From contig JBGSQF010000004.1 in the NCBI GenBank assembly GCA_041738235.1, forward strand, positions 6,215 through 70,214: a DNA stretch of 64,000 nt, given 5' to 3'. Below are positions 9,126 to 17,882 of the stretch, piece by piece. The DNA is from Minisyncoccia bacterium. GTDB taxonomy: Bacteria > Patescibacteriota > Minisyncoccia > Moranbacterales > GCA-2747515. Within the stretch, counting starts at the first letter, position 1. Every line of letters starts with the position of its first letter. The position numbers and the translations under genes are program-made. The notes beneath the pieces were generated by a model. The model did not search any database and had not been told where the DNA came from. It was given only the letters and a program-made list of their open reading frames with translations.

Positions 9126-9254
9126 GTAACCGCTCCTTGTCATCTCCTCTTGGATCAAAATGACTTGCTCGAAAAAATCTTTCGGGCCAGTCAAATGGCC
9201 CGAGATATTGATTTTTTCTCGGGGTTCCCCCAACCAAGTTAGGAGAAACTTCCC

Positions 9255-10049
9255 ATGAGCAGACTGCTCGCTATGCTCCTCGTCCTGTCTTCATTTGTCT
9301 CCGGCGCCCATGCCGGATTCGACTGGGGCTCGACGTCGATGCCAAGCTTCCGCGTCCCGACTACCAGTCCCATCCTTTACGGAGCTACAGCGATCCATGA
9401 GGGATCGCCCACCGCAACACTAAAGAGGTATCACCTCAACGGGACAGTCCTCGTGACCACAACCCTTGCGGTTGGCACCTACTCGGGAGGCTCAACCCCT
9501 CCCAGTGGAACCCTCGTAGATGGGGGATCTCGCCTCGGAGGGGTCTATGGCTCCCCCGTCGTTGGGTCCGCTTGGATAACCTCTGCCGTTGGCATTCCCA
9601 ACGGAGGGGTCTACTTTGCCGGCTGGGACTGCACCTCCGCATGGGTGTGCCAGTACGGCATCTATCGCATCCAATGCAGAGATATCGCCTGCACGGGGTA
9701 CACGAGCGTCAAACGAGTCAAGGGGTTCGCCAACCCCGTATCGACACGCACGGCGTGGATTGACCTCCTGGCGCCCTCGTCCAACGGGAATGTCCTTGCC
9801 TTCCGACGGGTGGAACAAGACACGGACGGTGCCAACACCGTGGCCGAGATATGGACGCTAGCAACCAATACCTTGGTCGCCACAAAAACAGCGACAAACC
9901 TCGCCGCAGGAATTCCAATTATCGGTGACCTTCAGATCCTCCCAGGAATGGGGGCGCAGATCACCTTGGTGAAGCCCGCGACCACGGCGCTCCCCCTAGG
10001 ATCGGGAGCACTGTACAAGCCAGGGGTGGGGTGGAAACTAATCCGGTAG
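9255..10049 (+). CDS. secreted hypothetical protein encoded in a GC-rich (~60%+) island
   Basis: 264 aa. It has a signal peptide MSRLLAMLLVLSSFVSGAHA and a G/T/S/V-rich mature part with several Cys. Its codon composition contrasts strongly with the rest of the window. The many short overlapping ORFs on both strands (9436..9918) are by-products of the high GC. Confidence 0.55.
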   Translation: MSRLLAMLLVLSSFVSGAHAGFDWGSTSMPSFRVPTTSPILYGATAIHEGSPTATLKRYHLNGTVLVTTTLAVGTYSGGSTPPSGTLVDGGSRLGGVYGSPVVGSAWITSAVGIPNGGVYFAGWDCTSAWVCQYGIYRIQCRDIACTGYTSVKRVKGFANPVSTRTAWIDLLAPSSNGNVLAFRRVEQDTDGANTVAEIWTLATNTLVATKTATNLAAGIPIIGDLQILPGMGAQITLVKPATTALPLGSGALYKPGVGWKLIR

Positions 10050-10213
10050 CCCCCTTGCCCGCCACAGGAACCTTGCAAAGAGAACTTGCAAGGCTCCTGT
10101 GGACACTTAGAACCTGCCCAAAATATTTCAACTGACAAATGCAAATATTTTTACTTTGAGATATTCTGAACCAGTTTTAAACTATTTGATTTTTCTCCCG
10201 AAGATGTTACCAT

Positions 10214-10822
10214 TTGGATATTCAATCTGCTTTATTTTTCTTTGTGAAACCATTTAACCTTTTTATTCTTTCCGGTCCTTCCGGAGCTGGAGAAGATTCT
10301 ATCATTGAAGGACTTAAAAAACACCTCCCCATAGAACGCGTCGTCACTTCCACCACACGAGAACCTCGCACCGGTGAATCGCAAGGAAATCCCTACTATT
10401 TTCTTTCCCGCGAAAACTTTCAACAAAAGATAGATGCGGGAGAAATGGTGGAGTATGCTCAAGAATATAACAACAACTACTACGGGGTGACGAAAACGGA
10501 AATAGAACGTGTTCTGGCCTCTGGAAGGGTCGGCATCTGGAAGATCGAATGGAAAGGCGTGATTACTGCCAAAAAACTGTATCCAAACATCTGTGCCATA
10601 TTTCTTATGACAGAAAGCCTTGAGGTACTCGAACAGCGCATACGACGACGCGATTCGAATATTTCCGAAGAATACATACAAGAACGCATGAACTACACGA
10701 AAGAATGGCTCAAACACGAAGATATTTATGACTACACCGTTATCAACAAAGAAAACCATCTTGAAGAGGCGATCAACGAAGTTAAGGACATCATCCAAAA
10801 AACCTTCGACCGCGCCACTTAA
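10214..10822 (+). CDS. gmk: guanylate kinase homolog with degenerate P-loop (GPSGAGEDS instead of GPSGxGK[ST])
   Basis: 202 aa. GMPK signatures are present: TTREPRTGESQGNPYYFLSRENF, EYAQEYNNNYYGVTK. The Walker A reads LSGPSGAGEDS (codons gga gaa gat tct at 10289..10300), so the catalytic Lys and Ser/Thr are replaced. Confidence 0.7.
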   Translation: MDIQSALFFFVKPFNLFILSGPSGAGEDSIIEGLKKHLPIERVVTSTTREPRTGESQGNPYYFLSRENFQQKIDAGEMVEYAQEYNNNYYGVTKTEIERVLASGRVGIWKIEWKGVITAKKLYPNICAIFLMTESLEVLEQRIRRRDSNISEEYIQERMNYTKEWLKHEDIYDYTVINKENHLEEAINEVKDIIQKTFDRAT

Positions 10823-11762
10823 ACGTGTTCAGAATTGGGCCCATACGCACAATCTTTGGGTACAAAACGATACAATCCTTGTGGGTATATCCGGAGGACC
10901 TGACAGTGTTTGTCTTCTGCATATCCTTTCCCGTATCGCGAAACGATCAGATCTAACTTTATACGCAACACACGTCAACTATCGTCTGCGCGGAGATGAG
11001 TCGGATGGCGATGAACGATTTGTTCGCGAACTTTGCACAAAACTAGCAATTCCGCTTTTTGTGTATGCTCCAAGGATCCCGAAAAAAAGATCAGAAGATG
11101 TACTACGGGTCTTGCGCTATAAACGATTTGAGATACTTCGTAGGCGACTCGGGTGTTCCGTGGTTGCGGTGGGACATAACAAGAACGACCAAGCAGAGAC
11201 ACTCCTGCTCCATCTTTTTCGAGGATGTGGCGTCAACGGAATGAAAGGTATGAGCCCAAAAAGAAACAGCATTATTCGACCACTCCTTACTCTCACCAGA
11301 AAGGATGTCTTATCCTATCTCAAAGAAAACTCTCTTACTTATAGAAAAGACTCAACAAACAAAACCCTTCTCTACACCAGAAATATCGTCCGACACAAAG
11401 TAATTCCGTTGATCCAAAAAAGTATCCAGCCAAATATTATCAATCTGCTGGCACAAAGCGCTCTACTTTTTTCCGATGAAGCAGAAATTTTAGAATCCCT
11501 AGATCCCCTCCCTTACCAGATCGAAAACGGTATCTATACATTCAGTCAGAAAGGATTTATTCGTCTTTCTCCTTCTCTTCAAAATCGGTTTTTGAGAATG
11601 CTACTCTCCAAATTACAAGATTCCAGCGAAAACATCTCATTTAGGAACATTTACGAAATAAGAAAAGCCCTTAGAAGTAAGAAGAGCAAAGGTCAGCATG
11701 TAACATTCCTCGGCTTGATATACGAAAGAAAGAATGATACAGTGTCTATACGAAAAATCTGA
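10728..11762 (+). CDS. tilS: tRNA(Ile)-lysidine synthetase
   Basis: 344 aa. It has the PP-loop ILVGISGGPDS and the TilS motif HVNYRLRGDESDGDERFVRE. ATG 10728 gives a 95-bp overlap with gmk. No in-frame alternative start lies downstream before the PP-loop, so the overlap or a non-canonical start must be real. Confidence 0.8.
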   Translation: MTTPLSTKKTILKRRSTKLRTSSKKPSTAPLKRVQNWAHTHNLWVQNDTILVGISGGPDSVCLLHILSRIAKRSDLTLYATHVNYRLRGDESDGDERFVRELCTKLAIPLFVYAPRIPKKRSEDVLRVLRYKRFEILRRRLGCSVVAVGHNKNDQAETLLLHLFRGCGVNGMKGMSPKRNSIIRPLLTLTRKDVLSYLKENSLTYRKDSTNKTLLYTRNIVRHKVIPLIQKSIQPNIINLLAQSALLFSDEAEILESLDPLPYQIENGIYTFSQKGFIRLSPSLQNRFLRMLLSKLQDSSENISFRNIYEIRKALRSKKSKGQHVTFLGLIYERKNDTVSIRKI

Positions 11763-11823
11763 AATATAAGAATTTTATCAGCAAGACCCCCCTCTAAATA
11801 AATTACCTCTCTTAAAAACCACT

Positions 11824-13671
11824 ATGGAAAAATTACTTAAGAACCTCTTTTCAATTCTGTCTGTTTTTCTTCTTATTGCAGCAATTCTCATACTCCTACA
11901 ACCAAAGGCGAAGAACCCAGAGAACATTTCACTCAACACACTCGTCAATAATATTAACGACGAGAAAGTTCAAAAAATAACCGTTGATGGAGAAAATCTC
12001 TCCGTGGAGCTCAAAGACAAGACTGAACAAAAGGCCGTAAAGGAAACAGAAAGTTCTCTCACAGAAACACTGGCAAATCTCGGAGCAGATCCAAACAAGC
12101 TACAATCTGTTGAGATCGAAATAAAAGGAATCTCAAGTTTTGCCTTTTGTGCAGGAACCGTTCTCCCATTTCTGCTTCCTGTGATCCTGATCGCTCTTTT
12201 TATCTGGTTTATGTTTCGTCAAGCACAACGAGGAAACTCTCAAGCACTTTCCTTTGGCCTGAGTCGCGCACGCATCATTGACCCCAAGGACAAGCGCAAG
12301 CGAATCACTTTTAAAGATGTTGCTGGAGAAACAGAGGCCAAAGAAGAGCTCATGGAAGTAGTTGAATTCTTAAAAGATCCAAAAAAGTTCCTTATTATGG
12401 GAGCAAAAATCCCAAAGGGAGTCCTTCTCATGGGCCCTCCAGGAACAGGAAAAACACTTCTCGCAAAGGCCGTTGCAGGAGAGGCGGGTGTTCCTTTCTT
12501 TAACATCAGCGGATCAGAATTCGTTGAAATGTTTGTGGGAGTAGGCGCAAGTCGCGTGAGGGACCTTTTTAAGCAGGCAAAGAAACAAGCCCCCGCAATC
12601 GTATTTATTGATGAGATCGATGCCGTGGGTCGTCATCGAGGAGCAGGATTGGGAGGTGGTCATGATGAACGTGAACAAACCCTCAATCAGATACTAGTAG
12701 AAATGGATGGATTCGAAACGGAGACGAACGTTATCGTCTTAGCCTCTACTAACCGTCCAGATGTTTTGGATCCAGCGCTTCTTCGACCAGGACGATTTGA
12801 TCGTCGTGTAACACTTGACCTACCTGATATTGCAGAAAGAGGTCAGATACTAGCTATTCACGCACAAAACAAACCTATCTCCAAAAAAGCAGATATGAAT
12901 GTGATCGCGCAACGAACGCCAGGGTTTTCAGGAGCTGACCTTGCCAATCTTCTGAACGAAGCCTCTATCCTGGCGGCACGAAGAGAAAAAAAGGTGGTTC
13001 GCATGGAGGAGCTCACCGAAGCTATTGAAAAAGTTATTCTTGGGCCCGCAAGAAAAAGTCGAATTATTAATGTCGAAGAAAAAAAGATCGTAGCCTACCA
13101 TGAGGCAGGACATGCGCTCGTTGGAGCATCCCTCCCTAACGCAGATCCGGTACAAAAAGTATCCATTATATCCAGAGGTCATGCAGGCGGATATACCCTT
13201 TCTGTGCCCACTGAAGATCGTCATCTACGGTCCCGCGCATACTATGTTGATGAGTTGGCGGTACTTCTTGGTGGCTACACAAGTGAAAAACTTACATTCG
13301 GTGATATAACGACTGGTGCATCAAATGACCTCGAAAAGGCCACCCATATTGCAAGAAGCATGGTGACCCGTTATGGAATGAGCGATCTTGGACCACGTAC
13401 ATTTGGCAAAAAAGAAGAGCTTGTATTCTTGGGGAGAGAGATTTCCGAAGAACGCGACTACTCCAATGAAACAGCCCAAGCTATTGACAAAGAAGTTTCC
13501 GATCTCATACATGGCGCATTTGAAACCGCCCAAAAGGTCCTCACTGAAAAGAAAGATGTCCTTGCAAAGATCGCGCAGACACTTCTTGAGAAAGAAACTC
13601 TTGAGAAAGACGCTTTTGATGCTATCGTACAGGGAATCGCTGAAAAATCCCCCTCGACCCAAACAGTCTGA
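11824..13671 (+). CDS. ftsH: ATP-dependent zinc metalloprotease FtsH
   Basis: 615 aa. It has an N-terminal TM, the Walker [19 protein letters not shown], Walker [10 protein letters not shown], the [24 protein letters not shown], and the Zn site HEAGHAL. Confidence 0.95.
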   Translation: MEKLLKNLFSILSVFLLIAAILILLQPKAKNPENISLNTLVNNINDEKVQKITVDGENLSVELKDKTEQKAVKETESSLTETLANLGADPNKLQSVEIEIKGISSFAFCAGTVLPFLLPVILIALFIWFMFRQAQRGNSQALSFGLSRARIIDPKDKRKRITFKDVAGETEAKEELMEVVEFLKDPKKFLIMGAKIPKGVLLMGPPGTGKTLLAKAVAGEAGVPFFNISGSEFVEMFVGVGASRVRDLFKQAKKQAPAIVFIDEIDAVGRHRGAGLGGGHDEREQTLNQILVEMDGFETETNVIVLASTNRPDVLDPALLRPGRFDRRVTLDLPDIAERGQILAIHAQNKPISKKADMNVIAQRTPGFSGADLANLLNEASILAARREKKVVRMEELTEAIEKVILGPARKSRIINVEEKKIVAYHEAGHALVGASLPNADPVQKVSIISRGHAGGYTLSVPTEDRHLRSRAYYVDELAVLLGGYTSEKLTFGDITTGASNDLEKATHIARSMVTRYGMSDLGPRTFGKKEELVFLGREISEERDYSNETAQAIDKEVSDLIHGAFETAQKVLTEKKDVLAKIAQTLLEKETLEKDAFDAIVQGIAEKSPSTQTV

Positions 13672-13682
13672 AGACTGTCACT

Positions 13683-14636
13683 ATGACCAAGACAATCCTA
13701 TCCATTACACAAAAATCACTCTTCTTTCTCCTAAAAAACCCTAGATATCTTTTCTTAGGAATGGTTTTTACTATTGGTAACTGGTTTCCCATCCCCATCC
13801 AATGGGAAAACCAAGACCCAATGAATCCATCCATCGCAGAGATCCCTTTCATCAAGGGACTTTTTTCCCACTTTACATCTCTATCAGATACTTTACTCTT
13901 TATCTTTCTCACCGTTTTTTTCTTCTGGATAGGCAAAATAATACTCCTCTCACTTCTCTACCTTAGTGTCTACTCAAAACAAAAGAAGGGAGGAGAAATG
14001 CCAATCCTAAAAATAGTAGGGGTGGCTTTGGTCACGCTGCCTGCTATCATAGTATTACACATACTACTAAGCCTATCATTGCTTGTCTTATTTTTCTTTC
14101 TTGGGCTTCCGGTTGCATCTCTTCTCAGTGCAGGATCTCTTTACACTGGTGGGTTTCTTGGCGCTCTTGCAATCGTTATTTTCATCTCCGTATCCATCAC
14201 CGCCTTCGGCATATTTTTATTCTCACATTTCTTCATCCTCTTTAGCCGACTTTCCCTCAAAAACTCCCTTGACACAAGCGCTCGCCTCTACCAAAGAAAG
14301 GGAAAGGTATCGGTATTCTTTCTCCTCTTCTTTCTTATAATATTTCTCCTTCTACAAACCCTTATAGCACTACTTCCCGGATTCTACTTCTCTGAAGATT
14401 CACTGGTGCCTTTGTATGCACAATTACCAGTGCTTGTTAATATCATCGGTTTTATTATTTCCTTTTTTCTCCTCGCTCTTTACTTTACACTCCTCCCAAC
14501 CGCATCAGTGCTCTTCTTTTTGCATATTGCCAAACAGCCCCCCCAAAAAAAATCAGCCGCTAACGTAGTGGATCCCGCGCTTGCCCCACTCTTTAGAAAA
14601 GGATCAGAAACACTCCGAGGCGTAGAAGAAGATTGA
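13683..14636 (+). CDS. polytopic integral membrane protein, unknown function
   Basis: 317 aa. It has about 7-8 predicted TM helices rich in F/L/I and follows ftsH by 12 bp. There is no recognisable motif. Confidence 0.5.
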   Translation: MTKTILSITQKSLFFLLKNPRYLFLGMVFTIGNWFPIPIQWENQDPMNPSIAEIPFIKGLFSHFTSLSDTLLFIFLTVFFFWIGKIILLSLLYLSVYSKQKKGGEMPILKIVGVALVTLPAIIVLHILLSLSLLVLFFFLGLPVASLLSAGSLYTGGFLGALAIVIFISVSITAFGIFLFSHFFILFSRLSLKNSLDTSARLYQRKGKVSVFFLLFFLIIFLLLQTLIALLPGFYFSEDSLVPLYAQLPVLVNIIGFIISFFLLALYFTLLPTASVLFFLHIAKQPPQKKSAANVVDPALAPLFRKGSETLRGVEED

Positions 14637-14689
14637 TATTGCTTGCGCCGCCTGCTACATTCATGTTAGGATACCCCTGAACGAATCAC

Positions 14690-14766
14690 GGGTGTATAGC
14701 TCAGTTGGTTAGAGCGCCACATTGACATTGTGGAGGTCTCTGGTTCGAGTCCAGATATACCCACCA
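14690..14766 (+). tRNA. tRNA-Val (anticodon GAC) with encoded CCA
   Basis: GGGTGTATAGCTCAGTTGGTTAGAGC...CCACA-TTGACAT-TGTGG...GGTTCGAGTCC...TATACCC-A-CCA. Confidence 0.85.
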
Positions 14767-14803
14767 AAAAACTACCCTGTAAGGAGGTAGTTTTATTTTT
14801 TTA
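14767..14803. terminator. bidirectional rho-independent terminator
   Basis: AAAACTACC-ctgtaagga-GGTAGTTTT has an A-tract upstream and a T-tract (TTTTATTTTTTT) downstream. It serves the tRNA on the plus strand and the convergent minus-strand gene ending at 14822. Confidence 0.7.
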
Positions 14804-14821
14804 CCCTTGGTTAAAGTATTT

Positions 14822-15838
14822 TTAATTTGTACCCAACGTCCATTTGTAAACCGTATTACTTGCCGCATTGGTAAGATCACTACTAATGCGTTGTACCGGA
14901 ATAAATTCAGCAGCAGGCCCCAACTGACTCGTAACAGAACTAATTCCTTCATTGATCTTACTCTTAACCTCAGACTGTACCCGAGCCATCCCCTGTTGGA
15001 GCGCTTGTTGTAGCAAGCTATTTACAAAGGTTGAGGCTGTCATAGTTGCTATCTCAGCGGGATTTTTTGCTGACAAGGGAAGTCCTAATAAGTGACTGTT
15101 CATAGCAGCCTGAATTTGTCCAACTGTTGATCCTGGCGTAAGTGTATTCCCCGACTTATCCGTCACACCCTTATACCCCTGGTATGCAACTGCCTGAGTT
15201 TTAGCTATCTCTTGCTGTTTTTGTAACTCTGCCGCGTACACCCTTTGTGTCTCCAGAGCATATCCGTAAGGATTGTTCATGGGATTCTTGAAATACTCTC
15301 GAAAACAACGAGCGTCTGATGTTGAAAACATTGTTGATGGATCCGAGCAATACTTATCCAACGAATACGTCTTAGTTTCATCAGAGATGGTATTTTCTGC
15401 CTTCTTTTTCAAATACCCGGTCCAGCTTGTTGTAGAGGATGTGGACGTTGAACCAGTTGCCGACACATAGGTCGAACTGCTTGCCATACCCCTGAGACTG
15501 GTTGTGTAAAAGTCGTTGATAGTTATTTTTACTTTATTTTTGACATCCGCGTACAGAAATGATTCCCAATTCGTTATAAACTGGGTAGCAGCACTACTAG
15601 ACAGACCGTTTCCCGATATGATCGAGCTAATCTGACTCGATATCGTCTGATAGGCAGCTATTTTTAACGATCCAAGAAGAGTTCCTTGAATATAATCATA
15701 GGCATTTTCAAGTTGTTGTTTTACAAAACCGGCTATAAGCGATGCTCCCCAGTAATCAGCGTTTGCCGCTTTTATTGGAGTAAAAAGTAGCATTACCACG
15801 AAAATAACTCCCACTATTGTTTTTTTTCTGTTTTGCAT
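14822..15838 (-). CDS. secreted Ser/Thr-rich hypothetical protein
   Basis: The ORF track gives 14822..15877, but ATG at 15838 (MQNRKKTIVGVIFVVMLLFTPIKAANA, a signal peptide) removes the overlap with the upstream gene. There is no known domain. Confidence 0.5.
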   Translation of the reverse strand: MQNRKKTIVGVIFVVMLLFTPIKAANADYWGASLIAGFVKQQLENAYDYIQGTLLGSLKIAAYQTISSQISSIISGNGLSSSAATQFITNWESFLYADVKNKVKITINDFYTTSLRGMASSSTYVSATGSTSTSSTTSWTGYLKKKAENTISDETKTYSLDKYCSDPSTMFSTSDARCFREYFKNPMNNPYGYALETQRVYAAELQKQQEIAKTQAVAYQGYKGVTDKSGNTLTPGSTVGQIQAAMNSHLLGLPLSAKNPAEIATMTASTFVNSLLQQALQQGMARVQSEVKSKINEGISSVTSQLGPAAEFIPVQRISSDLTNAASNTVYKWTLGTN

Positions 15839-15845
15839 AAACACC

Positions 15846-16820
15846 TCAATTCGAAAAGTAAATAGAAGCATCATCAAGCCCGATCTCGTTGAGCCGGCTC
15901 TCTATGTCAGTAAAAAACTCTTGAGCAGAAACGATAAGCCCTTGTGCTAAAGCCAAGTTTGAGATACTCTCCAACGGGTCTCCCGACTCGGTCTTTATGT
16001 TGTTTTTTATTCCCTGGGCATAATTGGCAAATTGTATACCACGAATGTGCACATCCACAAACGTTTCAGGAACCTCTATATCATACAATTGTTCAACAGC
16101 CTTCTTCCCTGACTCAGATATCTTATCAATATCACCGAAATTTCCGGAAGAAAACGAGGTTATCATATTTGACACTAAACCTTCTGCAGCGATCTTTGGG
16201 TCGTCTTTATTACCGTCCGTTATTTGAGGAAATTGAACTGCAAAAACATATAGAACAGCTGATATATACTCTCGAGCGTCTTGTTTTATTTTCTCCTTTC
16301 GCTCATCATCAGATAACTTTTTATATGCTTGGTCTTTGATCTTTATCTTGCTCGTGTCAATATCCGGAAGTGCTGGAGCTTGGATGCTTTTTTCAACGGA
16401 ATCCTGAACAATACGATCAACATCGGCAAGCGTAACACTCTCTCCCTCGCCCATGTTCGCAGCCATGATCCCAGCTAACTGTGTGGCCGCTCCCTCCGTA
16501 AGGTCAGTATTTTCCTTCGCGGTCTGAGTTGTAACATTACCAGATTTTTGCACAAGCTTGTCTCCTGGAGCCGGTTTTAGAGGGTCATATCCACCGCTTA
16601 TCTCGGTATAATCAGAATATCCATCCCCATCAGTATCTGCCTTGTATGGATCTGTCCCATAGGCCATCTCTTCATCATTACTAAGTCCATCTTGATCAAA
16701 ATCCAAGAAAAGGTTTTTCCCACTGTTAGAAGATTCTTGAGCGCGCCCCACAAACACAAAAGCAAATAGAACAAAAATTCCAAGAAGAGCTGCGACTTTG
16801 TGGAAAAAAGAAAGTTTCAT
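15846..16820 (-). CDS. secreted protein with Asp-rich calcium-binding-like repeats
   Basis: Start trimmed to MKLSFFHKVAALLGIFVLFAFVFVG (signal/anchor). It carries repeats DFDQDGLSNDEE and TDPYKADTDGDGYSDYTE, which are thrombospondin-type-3 / EF-hand-like D-x-D-x-D-G motifs. Confidence 0.5.
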   Translation of the reverse strand: MKLSFFHKVAALLGIFVLFAFVFVGRAQESSNSGKNLFLDFDQDGLSNDEEMAYGTDPYKADTDGDGYSDYTEISGGYDPLKPAPGDKLVQKSGNVTTQTAKENTDLTEGAATQLAGIMAANMGEGESVTLADVDRIVQDSVEKSIQAPALPDIDTSKIKIKDQAYKKLSDDERKEKIKQDAREYISAVLYVFAVQFPQITDGNKDDPKIAAEGLVSNMITSFSSGNFGDIDKISESGKKAVEQLYDIEVPETFVDVHIRGIQFANYAQGIKNNIKTESGDPLESISNLALAQGLIVSAQEFFTDIESRLNEIGLDDASIYFSN

Positions 16821-16934
16821 ATGAAGTGAGTATACCACATTTTTAAAATCAAGAAAACACTCTTATTCACAGAATGTTTCCTTTGCTCCGTCAACATTCT
16901 CTAGTTACAAATCTATATGATATACTAGCCCTAT

Positions 16935-17849
16935 ATGAACATAGAACCTCTTTTCAAAGAATTCCTTGATTTTCTTGAACTTGAGAAAGGAAGAAGTCAA
17001 CTCACCCTTCGCAACTACTCTCATTCACTGCACGACTTTTTTCTTTCTACAAAAATACGAAGGGTATCAGACATCACCGTTTCTTCTATTACCCAATATC
17101 GAAAGGACCTCCACCGAAGGAAAAATCGCGATGGCGAACCCCTTGCCCTTTCTACACAAAGCTACGCCATTATCGCGATCCGAAGCTTCCTTAAATTTCT
17201 TGCATTCCGGGACATACCAGCCCTTTCTGTCGAGAAGCTCTCTGTCCCAAAGGTCCCCGAGCATGACGTAGAATTCCTCACCACCCCTGAAATGGAGCGC
17301 CTTCTCGATCAGCCCAACAAAAACACCCTGAAATCCCATAGAGACAAGGCTATCCTAGAACTCCTCTTCTCGGCGGGCCTCCGCGTTTCAGAGATCACCT
17401 CTCTCAACCGTGATCAGATCAATACAAAAACACAGGAATTGCGTGTTCGCGGAAAAGGCGGGAAAGTGCGAATCGTATTTGTTTCTGATACTGCCCGAAA
17501 AGCCATACACGAATACCTTGAAAAACGCACTGACATAGACGAAGCCTTATTTGTCCGACTCCCCTCAAAGGCAAATATCAAAAAGGACGGATCGCTCCGC
17601 CTTACCCCACGCTCCATCCAACGCCTGGTCAAAGACTACGCTGTTTCAGCCGGTATTGTAAAGGATGTCCATCCACACACACTTAGACACAGCTTTGCCA
17701 CCGATCTCCTTAAAAACGGCGCTGACATACGGAGTGTCCAAACACTTCTCGGCCATTCCTCTATAACCACCACACAGATCTATACTCACATAACTAACGA
17801 ACGCCTCCGGGAAGTGCATAAAAAGTTTCACCGAAAAAATCCTCAATAA
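16935..17849 (+). CDS. tyrosine recombinase XerC/XerD family
   Basis: 304 aa. It has the C-terminal catalytic box HTLRHSFATDLLKNGADIRSVQTLLGHSSITTTQIYTHI (R..H..R..Y) and AGLRVSE. An extended -10 element TGATATACT lies 9 bp upstream of the ATG. Confidence 0.85.
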   Translation: MNIEPLFKEFLDFLELEKGRSQLTLRNYSHSLHDFFLSTKIRRVSDITVSSITQYRKDLHRRKNRDGEPLALSTQSYAIIAIRSFLKFLAFRDIPALSVEKLSVPKVPEHDVEFLTTPEMERLLDQPNKNTLKSHRDKAILELLFSAGLRVSEITSLNRDQINTKTQELRVRGKGGKVRIVFVSDTARKAIHEYLEKRTDIDEALFVRLPSKANIKKDGSLRLTPRSIQRLVKDYAVSAGIVKDVHPHTLRHSFATDLLKNGADIRSVQTLLGHSSITTTQIYTHITNERLREVHKKFHRKNPQ

Positions 17850-17882
17850 TGAGGATTTTTTACTACCGATCCACAACTCCTT

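Noticed and set aside
9436-10144. Nine overlapping ORFs on both strands inside or after the 9255..10049 gene.
   Set aside because: These are stop-codon-poor frames expected in GC-rich DNA. They all overlap the signal-peptide-bearing plus-strand gene.
12240-13662. Antisense and alternative-frame ORFs inside ftsH (12240..12506, 12928..13224, 13321..13662).
   Set aside because: They are embedded in a strongly conserved FtsH frame.
14701-14952. ORF 14701..14952 (minus).
   Set aside because: It overlaps tRNA-Val(GAC) and the bidirectional terminator.
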